A stretch of DNA of 64,000 nucleotides, from the NCBI RefSeq assembly GCF_009914755.1, contig NC_060928.1, one strand, 5' to 3'. This DNA is from the human T2T-CHM13v2.0 reference genome, Homo sapiens. Below, piece by piece: positions 12,841 to 26,413 of this stretch. The notes below the pieces were generated by a model, which did not search any database, was not told where the DNA came from, and saw only the letters and a list, made by a program, of their open reading frames with translations. Every line of letters begins with the position of its first letter. Position 1 is the stretch's first letter. The translations under genes were made by a program, and so were the position numbers.

Positions 12841-15800
12841 AAATTTCTAGAGATTTTGAGGAAAAAATTTAAAGGTATTTAAGAAAATAGTTTCATCCTC
12901 TCAAGCCCAAAAAAACGCTGTGATCTGAAAAAAGCAAAAGTATTCTATGAGTCTAGCTGAGGGGCTTTTCTTTATCTGCTGCTCCTATAGAAACTCAGAC
13001 TGGGCAAGGAAATTTATGTTGGCTGACAACTTCTGGTTCTCACTAGAGGTCGCAGGATGTCAAAAAACTGACCAGCCAACAGGGACACAGCTGCCAACCT
13101 TAGTCTACATAAAGCATCCTTTTTGTACATCTGGGTAATGCCTCGACAGTGTGCCAATTAGAATACCATACTCTAAAACACATTAGGGCCAATTAGTGTC
13201 CTGACTCCTGAACAGTTTCTTTGAAATTCAGAGTTTCAGTGCCATGCAGCCTTTGAAGGCCTAGTAGAAAAACAGGATCTGAAGGATTGTTATAACATTC
13301 TCCAGAGCAAATGCTTCAATCTAGTTAAGGTTATCTGATGACTTAATTATTATCATGTTCTCTCCCTTTTTAGGGAGTGTTAGAGACATTTAATTAGCAT
13401 CACTCTCAATGTTATAAGTTCAACACTTACAAAATCAGTATTTCTTTAAGAGTTCTAATCATTTTGCTTGAAGAAGAGATAATATTGTCCTGTCCTTAAC
13501 ACACTTAGGTTCCACACGCAAATATTAGTATTCCTTTGGTAATCTTAATTTTCAAGATTCATTTTATACAGTACTTTCAATATTCAAACTTTAATGTGGA
13601 GCTCATACTTTTAGTTTTTTGCTCATCATATTAATTAGAACATTAATAAAATATTGCTTAAAACACATACAAAAATCCCTCACAATTGTGATATAGAAGT
13701 ATAAATTATAAATATGGAAGTAGAAATGATAAATTATAAAAGTACAAAGTACTTTTCAACAGAGAAATCACTTCAAAAACTTACACTGAGTGACATAGTT
13801 AAATAATTAATCTTATGAAAAAGTGTATTATAAAAATTGAAGAAAAAACAGATTTTTACCTTTGATAGAAATTCAAAAACCATAGGGAATCTTATAGTTC
13901 TAAAATATAACCATTACTTTAGCCTATAGTGCTTGATATTTGAAAGAAGAAGCAACTAATTTTGCAATAAAATACATTCTATTTCACTAAATTAAAATTT
14001 ATCATCCCATTATTCACTTTGATGTTTATTATTTTGGGAAATTATTTATTAGCAATGAGTCAGATACCAAGCAATTTTAATTTAATTTAATTTTAATTTA
14101 ATTTAATTTAACTGGGGTGTTGGAAGAATCGAAGTTAGAAACTGATTTACTGTGTCATGCTTTTTACATAGTTAAGATCATTAACAAATATGTTTGCCAA
14201 TTTTATGAAGTGCTTCTTATTTCATGATAATTCTATTTATTTTTGCTGGGCATGTCCTGTGAAAGGAAGCATTTATTTACTATATTAGAATAAAAATGGC
14301 TAATAAAAAGTCCCATTACATATTGAATTAATTGCTCTAATAATTGCTTTCCTGTTTTACTAGAATTAAGAGCGAACAGCTTCAGGTTCTCTGCATGTGG
14401 TCTCATGGTTTTAAAAGAGTAAGCCATAAACTTTGCACTGATTTTATAGCCAAACACATGACAACTTCCATTTCTCATAGCAATTATTACTATAGAGCAA
14501 GAAAACAAAGGAGAACCAACTAATTTTTACAGGTTTTCTAGAAATGTTTCAATCTAATTCCTTGAAATTATTAAAGTGTTTTATTTTTAAATGAGAGCTG
14601 TAGTAAAACATTATTCTAGCAAAGGATTTAATTACTTTTAATGTTGATGTTGGAACCCAAATGAATGAGCAGACTTTTAAAAATTCTTCTAAAGAGCAGT
14701 GCGCAAGAGAAAAAAAGATAGCAACGCTCTGCTTTTATGTTACAAGCAGAATACTTAATAGTGAGGTGTGAGATATGAGGCTCAGACTCACAGATGAACT
14801 GTGACCTCAACTCACAAGTGCTGGTGTTTTCAGAGGAGTGGTAATAATTTACAAAGCACCGGTATAACCTTCTGTTGAATACATGCGAACTAAAGTAGAA
14901 AGCTGAGGAAATTATCCAGATATGTCAGCACTTTCTTGCTAGGAAAAATTAAAACACCACACCCGTTTTCATCTGAAATAGCTAGATAATTGAGGATCAA
15001 AACGTTGTCTGAGTAATTAGCTCTTGATAACCCAATCTCCTGTGTACCCTGGCAAAAGCACTGTGGATGTGCTAGTGATCTACTGACATGCGAGACAGTG
15101 GGAGTCCACTGTTAAGATGGTTGACATCCCTGCTGGCCCAACCCTGCCTCTGTTTTCAAGATCTCTTTCTTTCTCTCTCTCCCTCTTCTTTTTTTTTTTT
15201 TTTTGGTTGTCAGACCCAGAGTAAATATGAATGAATTCTTTCCCCAAGAGGTGAGGAAGAAGAAAACTATGAAGGAAATTGTTCCTTCTGAGCTGTAGCC
15301 ACTTCAGTGTCTCAGGCTTTTAGAGTTGGTGTCGTGAGACTAGAGAAAACCATCTTCACCTATTTTAGGGGCCATTAGTTAATGTTGTTAAAGTGCTTTG
15401 GAGATGAAAAGCAATAAATATATAAATAAACACACTTCAGATGTTTCATATTGATTGGAGGCTGGTTTTATAGTGTAAAACTATTGCTTTAGTGGTTGGA
15501 AAAGCCACCCAAAGTGAGTTATAATGCTGGAAGATGAGGGCCAAGGTCATTAATTATTGCCACCCGAAAGCCCAGGGCAGCTTACAAAATAAATTTGGCT
15601 GGGTCCTGGAACTAAGCGCAGAGCATAATGGGGAGTTCAGAAATACAGAAAAACTAGTGTTCAAGTGCAGCTGCATATTATGAATAGAGTTAAATTAGTT
15701 ATAAAATAACTTGGTGATTTTACAATGCATCATAAAAAAATGAAATCACACAAGTTTTAAATTTATGCCAACCAATTACCCAACAACGTATTCAAGAGGT

Positions 15801-16239
15801 CAGTAAACAATATCAGCCTTTTCAGTTTAACTTATTTCAGCACACTGTGTTTTTATTTACTATTAAGATGTTTGTTCTCATAGATCCAGAACAAAATTTA
15901 TTTTATCAACTTATTTTCACAAGGTTTATTTTGTGAAGGTAAATTAATAAAGTTAGCAATAGGGTATTACTATTATTTGGACATTTAGTTATTTATGGGT
16001 GGGAATGGAAAGGACAGATGAAATCCTCAAGTGAATGAGTCCTGTTAGAAATTTAAACCTTCTACTTTCTTTACTGCTTTCTTCATAATCTTTTATTACC
16101 TGCCAAGGAAAAATCTTGCTTTTCTCAACCGTTTCATAAATACTTATTAAAAGTTTCATAAATACTTATTACAAATTTCCTTTCAGATTGGATTGCTGGT
16201 GCTCTGGAATTCCGTATCAGTGGGCAGAAGAAGAGGTGA

Positions 16240-16440
16240 GGACTTCATAGCTACGGGTTCCTGTCACGTGCCAGGCTGCATGCGAAGTGATTTACATACT
16301 TGATGTGTTTGCATTGCAAAATAACCATATGAGGTAAGCATTTTATTTTATTTTATTTTAACGGTGAGAAAAATTGAGCTAAGAAAGGATAAGTGTCCAA
16401 AGACATCTAACAAGGAGAGCGACAAGGACTTAAACACGTT
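16240..16440 (-). mobile_element. MIR fragment
   Basis: cacgtgccaggc...ataaccatatgaggtaagc...gagaaaaattgagctaagaaaggataagtg matches the MIR core. Confidence 0.6.
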
Positions 16441-17459
16441 TTCCCATCCCAAACCATGCTTTTATACTGAATGTATAGATTTTTAAAATTAATTTTCACT
16501 GATATTTTAGTGTTCAGTGTTTCCAGTGATGGAATCTTTTAGAATACTACTTCGATTATAAAATCGAGTTAATTTTATTTTTGTCCATAAAAAATTATTT
16601 TGCATCTTGTATGTACAAAGTATTTTGTGGGATTCATTTATGGAAAAGATGTGGCTCCTATCCTCTATGAGATGGACAACTTGAATGCAAGGCAGAGTAG
16701 AGGGACTTCTTTGTAGACTATCATCTGGGGAGTCAGGAAGGATACAATGCAGCCAGGATGGAAGGAAGAATGGGCTTTAGCTGGGGATGGAGGTCATTGG
16801 CCATTGTTAGGCATATAGCTCTCCACTGCCCAGCACCTGTTTAGCAGGATTAGTAGAAATGCAGGCTCCCAAAAAGTGGCCAGCCAAAGGAGACAGTGGA
16901 GGATCAGGGGTTATAAGGCAACCATAATATGTCCATGAATCACTCACTCATTTCAACTCCCTTTCCCCATCTTTAAAATAGCTTAAGACTCTAAAAACTT
17001 TGGCAAGTGATTGACCTGGATAATGTGCCTTAAGGAGTTGAGTGTATTCCTTTCTTCCAAGAAGCTGATAATACTCCATCATTATAGTTTTAAAACTAAA
17101 TTATTCTCATTGTGTTGGAAGTATATAATACGATCCATCAAAGGTTTCAGAGTCTATTTTTTAATCACCTATGAAGTAAGTAAAATAAAATACAAATTAA
17201 ATTTTATAGGGAAATTGCTTAGGAAGTCTTGGGAGACATACTTTATACTCATAATGTAAAAATATGAAAACAGTACTATATTAGCTAAATAAAGGGGACA
17301 GAAAATGGCCAGATGAGAGGCGTTCTAATGTCAGTCACTATATTATTGGGGAATTTATAAAGAACATCAGTAATGTTTATTTTTAGTTTGAGGGGTTTTG
17401 TATTATTAATGGAATTTTTCAAAGAAAATTATCCTAGTTTTATTTAATCTGTAGCCAGA

Positions 17460-17461
<2 letters not shown>

Positions 17462-17501
<40 letters not shown>
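17462..17501. repeat. (TG)20 microsatellite
   Basis: Read directly from the sequence. Confidence 0.97.
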
Positions 17502-17502
<1 letters not shown>

Positions 17503-17589
17503 ATGCTGAATTTCTTGCCTGCCAGTGGAAAAACTATGTATAGATTTTGCCGATCACTAGAAAAATACCAATTAATAATAATAACCAAC

Positions 17590-18240
17590 TTTTTTAATGT
17601 TGCTAGCTTACATCTGCTAGGGAGTACATTGCATGCATAATTTTATCTAGTTCTCAGTTTAACCCTATTAGGTATTTCATTTCTGTTTCAAAAACCAGGA
17701 GAGTGTAGCTAGGGAAGTAACTTGCTCAAGGCAAGATAGCTACTAAATGGGAAAGTGAGTATTAAGTCTGTGTTTTCTGTGGCTGAATTCTGTGCTCTTA
17801 ACCGATTTGTTCATTGCTTCTCTCCAGCATCACTTCATCACTTTGAGTAAGTTATTCTGCTTTAGGTCAAGTGAAGAAAGAGAAGCTTCTTTTCAAATAA
17901 TGTAGTTAGAGGGACTGGAAATAATTTGACTTTTTAGAACTCACTTAAAATGATAATAATAACAGTTACCAAAAGTTCTTATGTACTAGGAACTAGTATA
18001 CACATAGTTTCTATATATGAGGAACTATAAAAAATATCACATATATTAATTAACTTATTCTTTGTAACAACTCTATGAAATATCACTATCCCTAAAATTA
18101 TCTGCGTTTTATGAATGAGAAAACTGAGGACACTTGAGGTTACAAAAGCAGGTACAAAGTTACCAAGCTAGGAAGTAGAGAGCTGGAAATTGCACTGAGG
18201 GACTGTTTCCAAGCTCTATACTCTTGTGCCTCCTTAACTA
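17590..18240 (-). mobile_element. Two MIR fragments (~17590-17800 and ~17955-18240)
   Basis: MIR core motifs aagtaacttgctcaagg and atgagaaaactgagg. Confidence 0.6.
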
Positions 18241-18719
18241 GGTGTTCAGGGTACAACAGTGAGGATTCAGTAAAGGAGCAGAGGTTACATAATTGGAAAC
18301 CTACTAGTGGACTCAAGCCTTTGAGTCCCATTAGGTTGGAAATGGGAAGACCTCCTTCTTATTCCATTCCACTGCCCCCATTTCACTTTGGCCAAGCTGT
18401 TGCCCAAAGGAAGAATGCAATCATTTCTGGATGTCATTAAGCAATTATATATGTTTTTTTAATACACAAGTCAGTGGATATTCTGAAGAGTGATACAGCA
18501 AGTGATGCCTAAAACAGCAAACAAATCCAAAGTGCCAACAATGAATACATGCAGCTTCCTCGTCCAGACTCAGACCTTTTGTATTGAAGGACTGGAAGTG
18601 AAAATGACTGATAAGCAGGTACGAGAAGGAAGCAACTGTGGGACAGGTGTGATGGAGGAGGCAAATGGCAGGAACCCACAGGCAGTGTGGTGTAGCAGAG
18701 GACGGGAGCTGAACTAGAT

Positions 18720-18957
18720 CAGTGTTTATCAAACATTAGTCAACCTTCACCTGCTACCTTCATCACTGGCTTAATTTCACAAAGCAAGTGCCTTGGTTTT
18801 TAGCTTAAGCATGATTGTAAGAACTATATATGCAATGGCAAATTTAATAACTATTTTTTTCTGATACATATACACATCTATATGTAGTTTATTACTACAT
18901 TACCTAAAATCACTTCATGTACTCTCAGCAATTTAAGTACCACACTTTGGGACACTG
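18720..18957. mobile_element. hAT-Charlie-type MITE (MER112/113-like)
   Basis: Terminal inverted repeats CAGTGTTTATCAAA ... TTTGGGACACTG, ~240 bp. Confidence 0.5.
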
Positions 18958-20718
18958 AACTCTACTATTAGGAGATGCCATGTAGAACTGAAAGAAAGCT
19001 CATGAAATAAAGCTGTATCTATCCAGTAGAGGGTCACATCAGAATGGGGTGAAAATAAGAGTTAAATGGTCTGGAGTAGCTAAAAGCCATAAAAACAAAG
19101 GACATCTCTGTTCCCCACAGTGAGGGCCAGTGAGGGCATGGTAGAGAGAAAGACTAGTACAGTAAACTATTAAAGAATAACCAGAGATTCTGTTTAGGGG
19201 CCCCTATTCAGATTATAATCCGGAATCCATTGCAGAAGGAAAGCTCCTTTTATCCCCTGGGTATTTTTTTTCACAAGGGACAAAAGGGAAATATATTCAT
19301 TCATGTATTACTTGGTCTTATAACACAAAAAGATCACATCTAGCTTTGCACAAATCTAGATTAGAAAGAGTACATGTCTAATTGATATTTTCTACAAGGG
19401 AAATTTATTTTAATTGGTATTTCCAACGTGATATACTAATTGGCATAGAGCTTGCCTTTTGCAGCACTCTTGGTTGGCTTCATTCCCTATTATTGCTGAG
19501 AGTGATGGGGTCCTGTTGTAGGTGGCAATGGTGATCAAGAGAGCTTGTCAGCTAGAAGCCAGGGCAACATCAGCACATGTCTTACTAAGGGAATCAATTT
19601 CTCCTTTTTGTCTTTCTGAGGAGATTGAATTCACGTACTGCGTGTCTGCAGCTATACTATGACACAGCAATCAACTCCTTGCTCACATACATATTCTTGC
19701 AAATTTATGTTTCTTTCATGGACAAGGAAAAATCTATTTTTAGTTTGTAATCATAACAACTATAGAGACAAAATTAGTTTAAAAAAATGAAGTTTCTTAT
19801 TACAACCTAGAGTTAGATTTAATATTTAAAAATAAATCAGGGATTAAGCCTGGGTATTGTGATGTAGGTATTCTCTGCAAGTATATTAGCTGTAAAGAAA
19901 CATTCCTGTATTTTGACTTGAAGTTCTACTATGAAAATCATTCTAACTCTCTGGACTACAAATTCATAAAATTATAAAACCAAATAATGAAACACATGTT
20001 AAAAGTAATAGGTGTCATTATACATAATGAAGCTATTATCCCTATACAGTACTTTTTTTCCCAGAACAAATGAATAAAACATATTTATTCCTGCAAAGTA
20101 AGTGATGTTTAGGCAAACCACAGGTAAAACTTCTTGCAAATTTACACATGATAAAATAGTCTAAGGAGATGTTTGCAGGCATTTAGATTAACAAGGGACA
20201 TTTTTAAGGTTTGGGATAGGGAATGGGAACACTGTCAGCAGCTCAAGAGCAGGAATCCTCTAGATGACATATGCATTCTCTAGGCTTTCAGATGGGCTAA
20301 GCAGGACATATTCTTGTTGAGCTCTGCACTAGGGCAACACTATTATTAATTATGCAAACTTTTTTTTTTTTGGATGGGTAAGAGAATTTGAGAATGACTC
20401 AGCAAGAGATTTCAAAATCAAACGCCTCTACCTGCTTATTGAACATGTTCTTTTTAAAAATCTACTTCTGCTCTGTATCCTGGGCATTAAAAGCTTAAGA
20501 TCTATGGAAGGGAAGCTCCATCATTGCAGTGGCCTCTGAGAAAGACCCAGTTTTGCAAAGAACACTTGGTCAGTTCAGTTCCACCTAGCCTTCCTATACT
20601 TTTAGTTTAAGTTGAAAATACTTGGTACTTTTTCAAGATTGGCTTCTTACTTTTCTCTAACAAACATGAATAAAACCTAGTAAAATCTCCAAACCAAAGA
20701 TGACTTTATCTGTCAAAG

Positions 20719-20720
<2 letters not shown>

Positions 20721-20756
<36 letters not shown>
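20721..20756. repeat. (GT)18 microsatellite, ~1.1 kb upstream of TLL1 exon 1
   Basis: Read directly from the sequence. Confidence 0.97.
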
Positions 20757-20758
<2 letters not shown>

Positions 20759-21169
20759 ACCTTCATACATTCCTCTAGATGATAACTTGGATAGGGGGAA
20801 CACTAGTCAAATAATATGTAAGGCTTTTTTTTTTTTTACAAGTCCTTGCTAAAGTGACAGTTTTAAAGATTTAGTTGGAAAAGGAAAGCTCCCAATCACC
20901 AGTCCCTTGGAAGCTTGTTGGGGGAGAAGTCATCTCACCTATTTTGGAAACTACTTGCAGATGTGGGGAAACCTCGGAATTGCTCACAACAGGGGTTTTA
21001 CAGAGATTTCCTCTGATTTTTTTCCTCCCCAATTTCCCACAACCTGTGTTTGTCTTGAGTCTGCTCGGCTGACATGTGGTTTACCTCGCTGACCCTCCTG
21101 CCAGGTTTTACACCCTCTCCTCTGAAGAAGTAAAACATTACTGAAGCCGAAGGATACTGAGCAACTCTG

Positions 21170-21900
21170 CTCATGGGCGCCAGAACTGTCACAGAAAATT
21201 TGCTTCCCGAGTATTCCATCCAGCTTCCCTTCCTGCGCCCACGTGAGCCATAGCGCCAGCCCATCGGCAAGGTCTCAGCGTTTCCTGCTGCTGCAATCTG
21301 TAACTCGATTTTGGATTTTTTTTTTAATTGCAGTTCTGAGGATCTTAGTTCTTAGCAAAACTTTGTTGGTTAGGAGACCAACAGTAGTCTGTTTATTTTC
21401 TTACCAAAATCGTGAAGACTCGCACACTTTTCCTCCATTCCTGCGCTGCTCTAAGGTTAAACAGCAGCAAAGGAAAGAAATACACACTCGCTGTTTATTT
21501 GGGGGGAGGGGAAATATGGATTTGCAGCTAAGTTATCACGATCCTTCGCTCCACCCCCGGTCTGGCACTCTCAACTGACACGTACATCATCTATTAATTG
21601 CTGTTTGCGTACACAGATACATAATATATTCATTTTTATCTTTGGTAAAATATAAATGGAATTGTCAGCGCGCTCCTGTCTGTTTGTTTGTCTAAGGCTA
21701 TCAAAAGAAGTCAAGAGAGGAGGCTGTGGTCCGGATCCTGACCCTGATTGTATGAATAAGTAAGCAGGATGCAAGTGATTGGGTTAGATGGTGCGAATAT
21801 TTTTTTTTTTCAAGTTAGGAAGAGGGTAAAAAGACAGGCTGGCGGGGGGAAGGCAAACAGTGCATCCCCAAATCCTCACACTTTTGCTCTCTTGCAGTCA
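21170..21900 (+). promoter_or_regulatory. TLL1: TLL1 proximal promoter
   Basis: Repeat-free DNA with rising CpG content just upstream of the CpG island. E-box CACGTG 21240-21245, HRE-like TACGTG (minus strand) 21579-21584, TATAAAT 21651-21657, GC box 21841-21848, several forkhead motifs. Confidence 0.75.
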
Positions 21901-21945
21901 GTTGCTTTGCTGGCTTCTGCAGGCTTTTAAGGTCTCGCGGCGTAG

Positions 21946-22875
<930 letters not shown>

Positions 22876-25800
22876 TGACTAGAGTTCTGTGCCAGTGGGA
22901 TCCACTGCCAAGCTCCCATCTCCCAGTTTGGGAATAAGGTCCTAGAGTTTCTGATCCCTCTCCCCTCCCCCAGCAAAACGAAACAAGTCGTAAATATAGC
23001 TTGCTGCTGTAGGTTTTAAATTCCAACACTCAGCGGGCTTTATGCATATGGAAGGGACACCGTCTTCTTTCCCCTCTCCCCCAGGGCGCGGTTTCCCAGC
23101 GCTTGTTCGAGAGCGAGTTGGCAGGGTTCCCCAAAAGATACAGGAGGATGGCATTGCTACCTGGAGACACCTTGGCTCCCTCTTTTACCAGGAATTTCAA
23201 GTGTGGGTTCCAGGCTAGAAAGGGATTGTGACAATCTCGGAAGAACTCACTTCTAGATGGGATTCTGATGCATTTGCCCATTTAAAATAAACTGAAAAGA
23301 AAAATGTTTTTAAGTTGCTACCCCATTCAAATTTGTGTCTTCCTTCCAGCTAACACCCCAGGGAAATGCAGTCGGACCGGCACTGCCTGAAGCTCAGCTT
23401 CTTGCCTCGCAGGGTCCCTGAATGTCCCAGGTCCTTCCCCTCCCTTCTACGCCTCTGGCGCCGCTGCCAGCCTCTCGCGCGCGCGGGGCGGCGCTTCCCT
23501 CTCGCCGCCTAAGGTCGGAGGCGCACGTGCCCGGGGCCGCTACCACGTGAGCGCAGCGCCTGAGGGCGCCCAGCACTGGCCGCGGCTCGTGTCCGGGCTT
23601 CGGGAGCTCCTGGTTCCTTGCTCTATTGGGCTGTGGCTGAGGTGATCCGCGCTCAGTGTGGACGCACAAGTAACTTCGTAAAGGTTGCATGGTGGTTGGG
23701 GCTAACCTAGCAGAGCGGTTTGTAAGCGGAAGGCACGTTAGGTTCCATCCCAAGAGGTGTGGGCTTTAGCGAAGCGCAGAGGAAGGGAGTGGACAAAGTC
23801 AAATATATCTAGGGTTCTGCAGATTCCGTGCGGGGTTGCTCTGTGACTAGCTTTTCTTCCCTTCCATAACTAGATAAGCATTATTCACCCTCTCTTGGGC
23901 CTGGAGGAAGGAGAGGTGTACACAATGAAGAAAAATGCTGGAAATTCCCTAGTTAATTTTTACCTTTGATGACCCATTGTTCTGACAAAAAGGGTATGTG
24001 TGTTGTGTTCACATTATCACATCTTTCTCGGTGCATCCTTAAATGCAGGTACTTATTTAAAAGCCAGAGTAGCTTAGCAGGAGCCTGTTAGGCTGGAACT
24101 CAGAATTCTGATTTAATTCAGTTTTGCTGATGAATTCCCTGCTGTCACTTTTAATAACTGTATCTATTTTCCCACTGAAAGTTTCTTGGGCCACCCCGGA
24201 TGGTTTGGACAAGGAGATGCTGATTGCTGTGGTGGGTGACTAGTGGCTGGGCATTCAGAATCTGTTCTCTGCAACTCCTTAAATGTACTTTTTGCTAAGA
24301 AATTTCTTTTGAATAATGTTGTAACTTGCTGAAAATTGTGCGTTTTCTTGTTTGTGGTAAGGTAGAGATGAAGTACATTATTTCAAAAGATTGTCTAGGA
24401 AAACATCTACTTTGATACCCTGTTCTGTGAAAGATTCAAGCAGATAAGTATTTGCACCATGTGTATTGAAACACACCTCAGACATTAGTGTTTAGTTTCC
24501 TCAGCAAATAAACATCTAGGCAAGGAAAAAAAAAAACTTTAATAGCATTTACTTTTTGTTTCCCCTTTGATGCTGGTTTATTTTTGAATATAGCTGTTGA
24601 AAATAAAGCAACAATAAAACCAACGTTGAATGGATTATTACCCTAATCTTATTTCTTCTCTGTTTTTGAGAAGAGGCATACCAGTGCACACCTGTGTGTG
24701 TGTTCACACGCATGCATGTGTGTGTGTAATGAGAGGGAAATAAGAATGGCCTAAGTGGAGGGCTAAGAAGTATGCACAGAATGTGAATCCCTTTTAAAAT
24801 TATCTACCCTGCTTTTGAATTTAGGCTTCAATTTACCATCTTGGCTCAATACAGGCAAAATTTTAGTGCCTCCTTTTTACCACTGGGAAAGTCAAATCAA
24901 AGTTCCAATAACAGAAAAAAAATGAAATACTACATTGAAATCCCAAGCAAGAGTCAAAAAAAAAATCACTGAAATAAGGAAGATGGGGACGGGTCTGTGA
25001 AAGAAAGCCATGCAAAAGCAAAAGAGAAGGTACTTTCCAGACACTTGGGGCATCTTTGATCTGCCCTTTCCAAATAACAGATTGGAGGGCATGGCCCATG
25101 AAATAAAAGGCCCTTTCTGAGCTTCTCTAATAGGGTCTTCATATTCCTCAAAGTACACAGAGGCTTGATATCACAATGACAATCATGGCTTCGTGGTTTT
25201 AAAGCACTTTTGAGTGTTGGTGTTCACAACAGCTCAATATGGTAGAGTTTGTTACTCTTCCCATTTTACAGATAGGAAAGCAGAGGCCCAGTGAGGTTAC
25301 ATGTCTTCATTAAGATTATTCAGAACTCAATTCCAAGTTTCCTGGCTGCAAGTCTGGCTGTATTTGACAATTACACTGCATTCTTAGTTGGCCTTTTGGA
25401 GGCTTTCATTGAGATGATAACAATAGAAATTAGTCCAGGTTTACCAGGAGTCCAGACTACTAGAGATGCGATTGCTTGCATATCTGATATAGGTGAAGCG
25501 AAGATCATAGCTTCATATTTTTGAAACTCAAATCCTTGAGGACAGAGACCATAACTGGTTTGTAATGTTTATCACAGGAATGGATTACTACTGTTAGGAA
25601 TTTAATATGTTCTCAATACCTTCTCGATATCTATAGACTGTTGATACTGCCATTTACAAACTTTTTTCTAAACAAGATCAAACGTGTGTTACCCAATGAG
25701 ATTTGTTTCTGAATTACAACTTTAAAAGTTACACTATCCTCAACACATTTGTGAAATAGAATACAATTTGTTTACCTATCAGAATTCTGATTTCAAGTTC

Positions 25801-26307
25801 ATGAAACTATAGGGTAGGAAGGAATCCTTGTGTTAATTTGATAGGATTTTTATTCAGAAAGACATTATAGGTATAAGTGATAGTAGGTGAGTCAGTGCAG
25901 CACAGCTGCGGATATATTTACATAGCCAAATCCATTAGGACAAAATATAGGTACTTTATTTCTCTATATAAGTAGATATACACAAAGATACAGATAATTC
26001 AAATGAATATCTGTCTGTCTTTCATCAGTGCAGTACACAATCATCTGAATATACAATCAGGTTTCTCTTACTCTCTAGGTCAGGAGGCTCCCAAGGGACA
26101 CTGGGAAGCTGATGCTGCAAGAGCTCATTCCAGAGCAGAGACTGAGGTGTCCTGTTTCATTGTTGTACTATAGAAATAAATGTGAATCTGAGTATTAATA
26201 TCTGTGAGGAGCCTGGGCAAATTTAGTTTGTAAGTTAGTCTTCTGCCAAATATGTGTACAGATTACATGGAAAAGCAGATACCTGATGAACTGCGTATTA
26301 ACACATA

Positions 26308-26413
26308 CCCTTCCTTCTCTTCTCTCCTTCTCTTCTTCCCTCCCTTCCATTCCTTGCTTTTTTACTTCCTTCCCTTCTTTCCCTTCTTCTTTCTTTTTTT
26401 TTTTTCTTTTTTT
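26308..26413. repeat. C/T-rich low-complexity (polypyrimidine) tract
   Basis: Read directly from the sequence. Confidence 0.85.
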
